Shown here piece after piece: positions 18,836-27,939 of a stretch of 64,000 nt of DNA (position 1 is its first letter; every line of letters begins with the position of its first letter). The DNA lies in the IMG/VR virus record IMGVR_UViG_3300042013_000045, positions 96,001 to 160,000 of that record; one strand, 5' to 3'. The position numbers were made by a program, and so were the translations under genes. Source of the stretch: a virus. The notes beneath the pieces are model-generated. The model did no database searches, was not told the DNA's origin, and saw nothing but the letters and a program-made list of their open reading frames with translations.

Positions 18836-20767
18836 TTAAGAAGCTGACACAGTACCAGTGACGACTTGGGTTTTCAGAGGGACTTCTGCGCCTGCCGGAT
18901 CTTCAACCAGATCTTCTTCGTCAACCTTCACGTAACGATCGACGATACGCGGGAACTTCGACACCTCAGGCTGCACAAGGTAGCCGTGCAAGGAGATGGC
19001 GTAGATCGCGAACTCACGACCCATCAGCACCGCATGTTCACGGGTGTACTTGACGCGCAGTTCGATGGTAGCCAACTGACCGTTACGCTGGGCGTGTGGG
19101 TCGAATGCACCGATCGGGAAGCCCACTGCTTGCTGACCATCGCAACGCGGGATCGCCGTAGCAGCCGAGTAGTCTTCCAGTGCACGACGGTGATCGTACA
19201 GCTCGTTGAGCAGGCAGCTGGCGAACAGCGTAGGACGTGGCGCGCCCGGAGCTACCAGATCATCCAACAGGAAGATGACCGATGGCGACGAGTTCGACTT
19301 GTCCAGACCGATGGTTTCAGGCGTGGTTACCGCCGGAATGTTGATGACCAGGTCGTTACCCTGACGCTCGGTTTTGTCGGTCACCATCGTGGTCACAGAG
19401 AACACGGACTCGTACGAGAACATGATGTGCGGGCACGGGCTCTCGATGGTGTCCCAAGTAAAGATCTTCTTCGCTTCCGGGTTAGCCATGCTGTTCCAGA
19501 ACGCTGGACGCATCCGGGTGTTGACCGGGATGATCAGCGCCATGCTTTCGACATGTGGCATGACTTCGTTGAAGAAGTAACCGACGTCAGTGGTACCCGG
19601 TACGCGCAGTGGGCCGTTCGGGGTATCTTTGCCGTCTACCTTGGCCTTGACTTTCGCGAAGTCAGCAAAGGAAGCCTGAGTGGTCGCGTCAGCCGGTTTA
19701 ACGACTTCGGTGTACTTGGACTTCGACTCCCATACAACCGGCAAAGCCGCTTCAGGGGTTTCCACTTGTTCCAGAGACGCCATGTAGCCGTTCTCTTCGA
19801 GGAACATGAGGGTGCCACCGATCTGCTTGGTCGAAGCAGGGGCCGAGGTGCGGCGATGCTTCAGACCGCTGGACTGAGTCTTCCAGAAGCCTTGTACCGC
19901 TTCGACGTTGGTCTTCGAATTGCCAGCCTTCTCCAGCTCGACTACCTTGGCGATGGTTTTACCCAGCAGGCTGTTCTTCAAAGTCAGCAGGTTCTGATCC
20001 GCCAGCGCGTAACGCCACACCATGTTGACAATCGCGGTTTCACGAGCGTACGGGTTGCCCAGTACTTCGTAAGACGGCGAAGCCTTCAGGGTTGCGATGG
20101 TAGCCAGGAAACCTTTGGTCAGGTGCAGGTTTTCTTCAGACGACGCTACGTGTTTCAGGACGCCCGATTGGAACCACTGCTCCATGATCGCTACAGCCGC
20201 AAACGGGGTGTTAACCGCGAAACGGATCAGGGCTTCGACCTGAGCGTGCAGCTTGCCCGGATCAGGCATGTTCAGCTTCTTCAGCGTCAGCGGGCTGTGA
20301 GGAGTCATCAACGACGACTCAACATAGAAGTGACGGAACTCTTTGCCGCCGTTGTTGGTCTGCTCGGTGTAATGAGCGTACGACGAGTTCATGTTGAAGA
20401 CCGAGCTCACACGCGCTTCTTCGACGAAGCGTTTCATGTCAGCCACGACCTTCTTCATTACTGGGTCAGACACAACGTCCGGGTTCCAGTAAACAGAATG
20501 CGAACCCATGTTGTCCAAGAACACCACCGAACCCATGCGAGCAAAGAAGCGAGCGCAGTGAGAGCAGTTCAGTTGCTTGCGCAGCTGGACAGCGTACTCT
20601 TCACCCTGTACTTCCAGCGCGTGCGACGAGATCAGGAACAGGAACTTGGCAGCCAGAGTCTTGCGAATCTGGGTATTGAAGAAGACACCGTGAGGCTTGG
20701 ACAGCAGCTCGTTGGAGGCAGCCTGCAATTCGTCCAGAGTCTTGTGGTAGTCGTAAACGTATTCCAT
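18836..20767 (-). CDS. Large hypothetical protein with CxxC motif
   Basis: 643 aa, NCSHCARF and FRHF motifs, AAGGAG RBS. Confidence 0.75.
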   Translation of the reverse strand: MEYVYDYHKTLDELQAASNELLSKPHGVFFNTQIRKTLAAKFLFLISSHALEVQGEEYAVQLRKQLNCSHCARFFARMGSVVFLDNMGSHSVYWNPDVVSDPVMKKVVADMKRFVEEARVSSVFNMNSSYAHYTEQTNNGGKEFRHFYVESSLMTPHSPLTLKKLNMPDPGKLHAQVEALIRFAVNTPFAAVAIMEQWFQSGVLKHVASSEENLHLTKGFLATIATLKASPSYEVLGNPYARETAIVNMVWRYALADQNLLTLKNSLLGKTIAKVVELEKAGNSKTNVEAVQGFWKTQSSGLKHRRTSAPASTKQIGGTLMFLEENGYMASLEQVETPEAALPVVWESKSKYTEVVKPADATTQASFADFAKVKAKVDGKDTPNGPLRVPGTTDVGYFFNEVMPHVESMALIIPVNTRMRPAFWNSMANPEAKKIFTWDTIESPCPHIMFSYESVFSVTTMVTDKTERQGNDLVINIPAVTTPETIGLDKSNSSPSVIFLLDDLVAPGAPRPTLFASCLLNELYDHRRALEDYSAATAIPRCDGQQAVGFPIGAFDPHAQRNGQLATIELRVKYTREHAVLMGREFAIYAISLHGYLVQPEVSKFPRIVDRYVKVDEEDLVEDPAGAEVPLKTQVVTGTVSAS

Positions 20768-20967
20768 GTGTTGCTCCTTGCGGTTAAAGTTTGATGAAAC
20801 GTTTGCGGATCAATGCCACAAAGCGTTTATAAAGGGTTGGCTTTTGTTTGCGGTACTTCGTTTGGATATGTTGCATGGTGACATTGTTACCGTAGGTTTT
20901 GCACACTTTACTTCATCGTCCTAAGTGCTAGCACAACATGGTTAGGTTGAGTATCTTTTTACCCTCA

Positions 20968-21002
20968 CGGCATAGACAGGAGCCCGCGAAGGCTCCTGCC
21001 TA
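20968..21002 (-). terminator. Hairpin + TATGCCG terminator
   Basis: CAGGAGCC-cgcgaa-GGCTCCTG. Confidence 0.7.
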
Positions 21003-21011
21003 GCTATGGGT

Positions 21012-22301
21012 TTACCAGCGACTGGCCATCGCTGGAATGACTTCGTACGAAGTACTGGCGAGTTTTGGGTTCACCTGATATTCGAGGAAGTTCACGTTCA
21101 TGCCTTCTTCGGTCAGTTCCAATACCAAGGTAAAGGCCTCGGACTTGAACTTGGCGCGATGTACCTTTGGCATGTCGGAGCGGTTCAGTTGCAACACGAA
21201 CCGATCGTCACCCACGGGACGCGCATCAAGGAAGCGCTTGTGGATCACGAAGCCACCGTCGTCAAACACTTCACCCATGATCAGCGGCTTGAAAGTCAAC
21301 CGGATGCGCTGGTGCATTGGGTTGTCCCAGACACGCTGGCGGCGGATGCTCTCGGCCTTGAAGTAGTACTTGCGGGCTTCAGGGTCCTTGTGAGCGCCAA
21401 TCGTCAGTGCGTGAGCCAAGATGGCACGGCCAGCTTTGGTCAAGTGAGAGTTATCGTCACGGAACCATTGCGGGTAATGCTTTTCAGCCCATGGAGCATA
21501 ACGGCTCAAGTGCTTGCGCATCTGCTCACAGTTCACACCACCACCGGCTTCCATGTAATACAGGTGCATACCACGGGTGGAGTCCACCATTGCTTCCGAC
21601 ATGTGTTCAGCGTCAGGGAGTACAACCATCCCTTTAGCCACTTCATTCATCGGTTGCAGTTCAGCCGGAATGGAGTCGATCATGCGAATGCCTTCTTCGC
21701 AATCACCTTCTTCCAACACAGCCTTTAACTTGGCGAACCAATCAGCGCCGGTGTAAGTGCCCATGGTCCGAAGACCTTCATCGAGCAGCTCATTGACCAT
21801 CTGCTCATCTTCTTCAGCCGCCAAACCGACAGGCTCGTCGAGCACGTAACTCGGCTCAACCGGGACCATACCCATTGGAACGCTGACTTCGATAACCCGA
21901 GTCATCTCCTCGATGATCTCACGCGGGGTATTGATCGGTGTACCTTCTTCACGAGGGTACATGGAATCGACCAGCGAAGTGTCGAACGGATTCGTCACAG
22001 GTGTAGCGCTTGGGACCGCACCTCGGATGTCCTGAGGATCGGTACCATCAGGGAGGCCATCAATAATGCCCACAACGCCCCAACCAGTAACGCTAACGAA
22101 GTAACCATCCCAACCAATCCGACTGTCAACACATGGTGACAAGAAGACAGGTGTCGGGAGTGCGAGTTCACCCGGTTGCAGCGGTGCAATAGTGGACATC
22201 ACTTCGAAAGCTTTAGCGCAGACGTCACCGAAGGTGTTGCCAATCTCTACAACAGTGGCCAGCGAGTCTTCAAGACTACCGCGATGTTCACGGAATTTCA
22301 T
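21012..22301 (-). CDS. Hypothetical protein
   Basis: 429 aa ORF. Confidence 0.75.
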   Translation of the reverse strand: MKFREHRGSLEDSLATVVEIGNTFGDVCAKAFEVMSTIAPLQPGELALPTPVFLSPCVDSRIGWDGYFVSVTGWGVVGIIDGLPDGTDPQDIRGAVPSATPVTNPFDTSLVDSMYPREEGTPINTPREIIEEMTRVIEVSVPMGMVPVEPSYVLDEPVGLAAEEDEQMVNELLDEGLRTMGTYTGADWFAKLKAVLEEGDCEEGIRMIDSIPAELQPMNEVAKGMVVLPDAEHMSEAMVDSTRGMHLYYMEAGGGVNCEQMRKHLSRYAPWAEKHYPQWFRDDNSHLTKAGRAILAHALTIGAHKDPEARKYYFKAESIRRQRVWDNPMHQRIRLTFKPLIMGEVFDDGGFVIHKRFLDARPVGDDRFVLQLNRSDMPKVHRAKFKSEAFTLVLELTEEGMNVNFLEYQVNPKLASTSYEVIPAMASRW

Positions 22302-22878
22302 GTGCGTTTCCTAGGTTGAGTGCAGGATTGGTTTTGAGAGCTTCCAGAAGTTCACCCTTGGTGCCACTGACAGCCAAGCGTAATAACTCTTTCAAGCTCT
22401 TATCTAAGTTATTGCGTTCTGTAAGGAACGCTCCCATCTCAGCTGAAGTAACTGGGCCGAGTGGGGTATGCATTAATTCGTGTACTTCGATGCCAGCTAC
22501 TTTCAACTTCCGATAACTTACGGTGTTGACTTGTGAATGATAGTACCGATCATTCATCATGATAGCGGAGTCTGGCAGTTCCTTGAAGCGCCCCAGTACC
22601 TGTCCAATGAAACCGTAACCTTTAATGAACACAGCTTTCCAGCTGTAATCACCTGGCTCGTATAACCCAAATAGGTCGAGCAGGACGTCGCTGTCATCAA
22701 ACTTGACAGTCGGGTAACGCTCACGTACTGCCTTGATAATGGCAGTGATGGTAGGTTCCAGGTCTGTAACCTGATTCTTTATATCCAAGTAAGAGTCCAC
22801 GTAGAACGATAGCTCAAACCGTGAACTGTCCCCGGTGTAATCGAGGTCGCTTTTAGAACGCTTCAAGGTTGTTTCCAT
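22288..22878 (-). CDS. Hypothetical protein
   Basis: 196 aa ORF overlapping downstream start. Confidence 0.65.
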   Translation of the reverse strand: METTLKRSKSDLDYTGDSSRFELSFYVDSYLDIKNQVTDLEPTITAIIKAVRERYPTVKFDDSDVLLDLFGLYEPGDYSWKAVFIKGYGFIGQVLGRFKELPDSAIMMNDRYYHSQVNTVSYRKLKVAGIEVHELMHTPLGPVTSAEMGAFLTERNNLDKSLKELLRLAVSGTKGELLEALKTNPALNLGNAHEIP

Positions 22879-22908
22879 GTGCCCATCCAGGTTGATAATG
22901 CTCAGTAG

Positions 22909-23364
22909 TTAAGACCGACCATACAGTGCATCAATGATCCGGTATTTGTTGGTGTCATCAAGAAGGTTGATCGAGAACTTGGCCAACTTCAATGGCATCA
23001 AGTCACCGTTCTTGTCCACAAGGAACCATCCGTCCAGTTCCGCTTGGGACTTGGAACTAGGGATCGTGTTGCGGATGAACCCTTCTAAAACCTTCGCTTC
23101 AGCGCGAGTGATCTTGCCGTTTCGATAGTGGGTGTAGTCCACCAGCTCGAGTTCGGTAATGTAACGTGGAGCGGTGTAGTCACTGCGGCACTTCTCAGTA
23201 GCCTTGGCGATACCCACTTCATCCCCTTTCATCACTGCTCGGCGTGTCACAAACCGTGCGAGCGACGACTTCTGATCACGGAGCGCAGTGCCCATGATCA
23301 CATACATCTCTTGCCCCGGTTGCCCCATCACAACCGGAATAACATATTTCCCTTTAGACATCAT
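22909..23364 (-). CDS. Hypothetical protein
   Basis: AAGGA RBS; downstream of TACATTAC at 23505-23512. Confidence 0.6.
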   Translation of the reverse strand: MMSKGKYVIPVVMGQPGQEMYVIMGTALRDQKSSLARFVTRRAVMKGDEVGIAKATEKCRSDYTAPRYITELELVDYTHYRNGKITRAEAKVLEGFIRNTIPSSKSQAELDGWFLVDKNGDLMPLKLAKFSINLLDDTNKYRIIDALYGRS

Positions 23365-23572
23365 GAATCCTTCGTGCTTAGTGGTTAAGTTTGCCCCTCT
23401 TTGTGGGCTTGTCACAGTATAAGCACGACCTTAAGATAACTGGGACTTTTATAAAAGTACTTGGTTAACGGTAAAGTCGAGTTGAGGCGACCACCTTCAC
23501 GTTAGTAATGTAGGTCCTTAATAAATTTGAATGGAGGGCATAAAAGCAGGCCGAAGCCTGCCCCTATGTTTA

Positions 23573-24061
23573 TCACAGTACGCCTGGCAGACCCATGACA
23601 ACGAACGCACCTTCCAGATCAAGGAAGTACGTCCCGAAGGTACCTTCCGTGTTCTTATAGATGCGTCCCTTAGGCAGAACAGAATCGGTCTTGCCGATGA
23701 TTGACCAAGTCGACGTACCGGTGTTCCACCGATGGACATCTTGGTTACGGGTATCGATGATATCGGTCTTCACTGGCTGCGCAGAAGCTTTCATCGAAGT
23801 GATTTCAGCATCGGTGGCAGCCATGCGGAACCGCGTGACAAGAGGTGCTGGTGCGAACGAGAGCCCTACGTTACTCTGAGCAATGAAAGGTATCTCCCCC
23901 ACATTGCCTTTAGAACTCGCGCCAATCTCGTCCAGTGTTTTACCCCCAAGCTTGGCAGAGTCAGCCGCCTGCTCGGTCTTTCCAAGCTTGGTGCCGATCT
24001 TCAGTTTGATCGCCGTAGAGAACTCATGAAGCTTGGCGATGAATACGGTTAATGCTGTCAT
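23573..24061 (-). CDS. Tail-fibre-associated protein, short paralogue of 24092-25231
   Basis: AADSAKLGGK fibre motif; collinear N- and C-terminal similarity with neighbour. Confidence 0.7.
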   Translation of the reverse strand: MTALTVFIAKLHEFSTAIKLKIGTKLGKTEQAADSAKLGGKTLDEIGASSKGNVGEIPFIAQSNVGLSFAPAPLVTRFRMAATDAEITSMKASAQPVKTDIIDTRNQDVHRWNTGTSTWSIIGKTDSVLPKGRIYKNTEGTFGTYFLDLEGAFVVMGLPGVL

Positions 24062-24091
24062 GTTCCGTTCCCTGTTTATTTTGCGTCGGGG

Positions 24092-25231
24092 TTATGAACC
24101 GCCACCACCGCCGCCCAATGTAAGCCAGCTCCCATCCATGTCCAAGAAATAGGACCAGTAGGGAGTCTCTGTGTTCTTGTAGATCCGTCCCCTAGGTAGG
24201 ACTGCGCCACTCTTACCCACTACGCTCCACGTCTGGGTGGTGTTGTTCCACCGGTGCAGGTCTTGGTTGCGAGTGTCGATGATGTCAGTCTTCGGGGTTG
24301 GTATAATGAGGTTGTCGTAAGTGGTGTTCGGCTGAGACAGCGAGTAGTAACCAAACGCTGCCTTGCCTTTGAACGGATCGGGAATCGCCCCCGTCCACTT
24401 GATCTCACCGGCAGGCCAATACGTCCCATCAGGTTTGCGGACTTCCACTTCCATGGTGTCGTTAGGCAAGCGCTTGGCTGTAATACGGATACCGCCAGCA
24501 ACCGCTGCCCCACCATTGAAACCAGACCGGGGTAGGCCAAGTTCCTTTTGGAAGATCAGACTCAGACCACGACCAACCCCTTGGTTCAGGTTGACCACGA
24601 TGTACATGCTCGGTAGGGCAGTGGTACTGTAACTGTCCCATGTGTATCCACCAGTGGTTACGCCACACACCAGCGTGGTCTCAGCCCCGCCTACGGTCTT
24701 AAAGGCCAGTACCATACCGATGGAGTCGTCATCCGCACTGTTAGACTTCACGATCATGTCAAAGACATATTCGGAGAACTCATACGGACTGATCAGGCCA
24801 CACATGGAGCCCGTGTTCATGGTCATGGTCACACGGTCAGTCGCACCGTCGTACGTCCACGATTCCATTTCAGAAGGAACTGCCGGATATACACCAGTGT
24901 TGTTGTGTGAGGTACGCTTCCATTTGTTGAACACGTCAGCCATGGACTGGGTACTGCCTTTCATGGCAGTCAGTTCAGCGTCGGTACTCGCCATGCGGAT
25001 CTTGGTGAGCAGCTGGGCTGGGGCGAAGTTCAGGCCAGAGTTAGCCTGCGCAATGAAGGGGGTTTCGTTCGGGTTGCCAAGAGCGTTAGCGCCGATTTGA
25101 GCCAAGGTCTTACCAGCCAACTTGGCAGAATCCGCTGCCGTCTCTGTACGCCCCAACTTGCTATCCACTTTCAACTTGATCGCGGTCGAGAACTCGTGCA
25201 GCTTCCCTTGGAGGATGGTTAGTGCTGACAT
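24092..25231 (-). CDS. Tail-fibre protein with inserted lectin-like domain
   Basis: AADSAKLAGK motif; central beta-rich domain with DDDSIGMVLAF (thrombospondin-C/ConA-like pattern). Confidence 0.7.
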   Translation of the reverse strand: MSALTILQGKLHEFSTAIKLKVDSKLGRTETAADSAKLAGKTLAQIGANALGNPNETPFIAQANSGLNFAPAQLLTKIRMASTDAELTAMKGSTQSMADVFNKWKRTSHNNTGVYPAVPSEMESWTYDGATDRVTMTMNTGSMCGLISPYEFSEYVFDMIVKSNSADDDSIGMVLAFKTVGGAETTLVCGVTTGGYTWDSYSTTALPSMYIVVNLNQGVGRGLSLIFQKELGLPRSGFNGGAAVAGGIRITAKRLPNDTMEVEVRKPDGTYWPAGEIKWTGAIPDPFKGKAAFGYYSLSQPNTTYDNLIIPTPKTDIIDTRNQDLHRWNNTTQTWSVVGKSGAVLPRGRIYKNTETPYWSYFLDMDGSWLTLGGGGGGS

Positions 25232-25326
25232 GGTTATAATCCTGTACTGAAATTGACGCGACATAGTATCTCAGCAAAAAAGAATGCATACACAGCGGAG
25301 CCGCAATGGCTCCGCTGTGTGATGAC

Positions 25327-25656
25327 TTATGCTTTTACGTTGCGACCAATGGCTCGACGGCAGTTGTACCCCACAGCTGATGCGTAGTCTTCTTCGGCTA
25401 ACTCATCATTCTCGTAGTACTCCTTAGCAGCAGCGTCGATAAACGGGATGATCTCCTTGAAGGCCTGAGGGTTAGTCGCGGTCTTCTGCTCCTTCTCCAG
25501 ATACTTCTTGAATTCATCCAGCTTTACCTTGGCGGCTTTCTGCGCTACCAGTTGCGACAACTCTTCATGGAAGATGTCGCAGTGTTGCGCGCTCATGGTA
25601 AATGCCTGGGATGCGGCAGAGAACATAAAGGCTACGCAGAACAGTACGTGTTTCAT
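25327..25656 (-). CDS. Hypothetical secreted protein
   Basis: Sec-type signal peptide ending ASQA. Confidence 0.6.
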   Translation of the reverse strand: MKHVLFCVAFMFSAASQAFTMSAQHCDIFHEELSQLVAQKAAKVKLDEFKKYLEKEQKTATNPQAFKEIIPFIDAAAKEYYENDELAEEDYASAVGYNCRRAIGRNVKA

Positions 25657-25658
25657 GG

Positions 25659-26198
25659 TTACACCTTGCTTGGTTCTTTAGGTTGAGTTTGCTCGTAGGT
25701 TTCGTACCAGTGTGTGGGATTCTCATCCACTTCGCACTTGGTCATTCTGAAACGTCCCCAGTAAGGCTTTTGATCGGGCAGATCAACTAGGGCCATTCCT
25801 GACAGATCATCGACTTTGTCCTTGACGACTGTCCGGTGTACAAAGTGGCAGTATGGAATCGCTTGGTTAATGAGATCGCCACCACCGATTACGAATTGCT
25901 CCTCGTAACCGTATTGATCACAGAGCCTGAAAGCATCTTCAAGACTGTTAACCACTGCCAAGTTCTCTTCCAGATCCAACGAGAGTGGAAGAGACGTTGA
26001 GACGATGACATGTAACCGCCCCGGTAATTTCCCCGGAAGGCTCATGTAAGTGTATCGCCCCATGATCATGGCGTTATCATGGGTCAGGTCTTTGAAGCGT
26101 GGAAGGTCACCCTTGAGTCTCCAAAGGAGCGGATGGTTTCCCTTACGCCCAATGTGCCCAGATTGGGATTGAGCAAAGATGGCATGACGTGTCGACAT
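25659..26198 (-). CDS. folA: Dihydrofolate reductase
   Basis: IG....L.W.L..DL..FK..T, IMGR.TY.SLP..LPGR, VIGGG motifs. Confidence 0.92.
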   Translation of the reverse strand: MSTRHAIFAQSQSGHIGRKGNHPLLWRLKGDLPRFKDLTHDNAMIMGRYTYMSLPGKLPGRLHVIVSTSLPLSLDLEENLAVVNSLEDAFRLCDQYGYEEQFVIGGGDLINQAIPYCHFVHRTVVKDKVDDLSGMALVDLPDQKPYWGRFRMTKCEVDENPTHWYETYEQTQPKEPSKV

Positions 26199-26263
26199 GT
26201 ATCAGTTCCCCCTTCTAGATAAAAGAAAAGGAGGGTTTTCACCCTCCTCCATTGCAGTGCCGT

Positions 26264-27400
26264 TTATTTAACGACGTGGTTCGGGTCAACTACCCCCATA
26301 TCACCATTTTGCACAGTGGTGGTGTATCCCAGATCCGCTGTAGGGTCTGGCGTGATGAGCAGGCGCTTGGTCTGTTCAGCGTACTCAGCAAACGCTGGGT
26401 CCATGCTGGTGGTTTCATTACCGAAGACATAGCCATCAGCTTCGTCAGGAACGTTCGCCTTGACGGTACCTTCGTAGCCACCACTAGTTGCCACGGGCGA
26501 CACGAAACCATGCGCCTCCCACTGCTCAGTAGCGAACTGGCGCAGGTTCTCAGTGCCACGAGAACCATTATCCAGAGCGTTCTCGGTGAACTGAGGCGCT
26601 TTGGCATTCAGTGCGTCCATTAGCGCGGGGTCCATGGTGACAGCTTCCCCGATGATGTCTTTCATGCCGTGAAGGGTATTCAACGGCAGCTTGTTATTGA
26701 CCAGTTCGGCAAACTCCGTGGTGGCTTTGGTGAGTTGTTCCTTGGCCATCAGTTGTTCCATCGCCGGCGACCCCGGTCGGATCATCGCAGTGATCTTGTA
26801 GCGCTCGTTGCCACCATCGGTGACCACTACATCTTTAGCGATACCCGCCTCTTCAGCATCACGCTCGGCGTTCGCCTGACGGATCAACATGGCAGTCTTC
26901 TCCAGTTGCGACATCTTGAAGACTGTGATGCTGAGGGAGATGCGACCCACTGGCTGGTACTGATCGTCCAGCAGATAAGCCGCGATACCGAAGACGTACT
27001 CGGCGCGGTTGGTGTTCTTGGCGTCGACGGCCTTGTTCAAAGCGAACACAGGGGCCACGACTTCCATACGGCGCAGGCCTTCAACGATCGCGACGATAAC
27101 GTCGGTCACGCCTTTGGACACTTCCAGCACCGCCATCTGCTCAGCGATAGCGGTGACGTCTTTATCAATGATGCAGTTCGGACGACCGCTGACCAGCATA
27201 TGTTCCAACGATGCACGTTCGCCTTCTTCAAGGAGTTCGTACTTGATGGCCCCGCGGTCATTGCCACTGAACTGCAAACGGAAAGTCAGGTTCTGGTCTT
27301 TGCCAGACGCGCTGAAGCTGAAGTAACCGGACTTGCGTTCGGTCATGGCTTCGATTGGTTTCAGGATGTTGAAGATGTTAGCGTAGGTTGGGTTCGACAT
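26264..27400 (-). CDS. Hypothetical protein
   Basis: 378 aa, AAGGA RBS, downstream of TACATTGT at 27440-27447. Confidence 0.75.
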   Translation of the reverse strand: MSNPTYANIFNILKPIEAMTERKSGYFSFSASGKDQNLTFRLQFSGNDRGAIKYELLEEGERASLEHMLVSGRPNCIIDKDVTAIAEQMAVLEVSKGVTDVIVAIVEGLRRMEVVAPVFALNKAVDAKNTNRAEYVFGIAAYLLDDQYQPVGRISLSITVFKMSQLEKTAMLIRQANAERDAEEAGIAKDVVVTDGGNERYKITAMIRPGSPAMEQLMAKEQLTKATTEFAELVNNKLPLNTLHGMKDIIGEAVTMDPALMDALNAKAPQFTENALDNGSRGTENLRQFATEQWEAHGFVSPVATSGGYEGTVKANVPDEADGYVFGNETTSMDPAFAEYAEQTKRLLITPDPTADLGYTTTVQNGDMGVVDPNHVVK

Positions 27401-27489
27401 GATGCAGTTCCTTGAACAGTGGGTTAATTACTCAACCTAACAATGTAGGGTTCAAAACAATTCGAATTGAACCCTACACTGCCGTGGGA

Positions 27490-27939
27490 TTACTCGGTGA
27501 AGTTACCGTTCAACGCTTTGACGTTATCGCGGGTGACCACTGGCACCAAGTTGACCTGGTTCTCGGACGGCTTGAGCAGACTGAGTTCAGTGTGGACGAC
27601 GTTGTCTTCTTCGTCCAAGCACATGATCATCAAGCAGTCTTTGTTACAAGGTTGGTCAATCACGTGCATGTCGGAACCCTGGTAGGAACCGATGCGCGTA
27701 CCTTGTTGTACCGCAGGGCGATATTCACCGCTGAGGGTGATCACGCACTGGTCGTCGCCATTGATGAAGTTGGCCATCTCCACGTTCACAGCGAAGGCGT
27801 ACTTGGACGCTTCGCTTTTACGTGCACACAGAGTGATCAGGTCACGAAACAGACCCGGAGCCAGACGCACTTCACCCCAACCCAAAGCACGAGACAGGTC
27901 AGGTGCCTTTGTTACTACTTGTTCAACTGTCAACTTCAT
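27490..27939 (-). CDS. Hypothetical protein
   Basis: ATGA overlap with ligase stop. Confidence 0.65.
   Translation of the reverse strand: MKLTVEQVVTKAPDLSRALGWGEVRLAPGLFRDLITLCARKSEASKYAFAVNVEMANFINGDDQCVITLSGEYRPAVQQGTRIGSYQGSDMHVIDQPCNKDCLMIMCLDEEDNVVHTELSLLKPSENQVNLVPVVTRDNVKALNGNFTE

Noticed and set aside
18866-20794. 642 aa plus-strand ORF (and similar long antisense ORFs at 1844-2710, 3259-4545, 7278-8087, 52421-53419)
   Set aside because: Antisense shadows of real genes caused by codon bias
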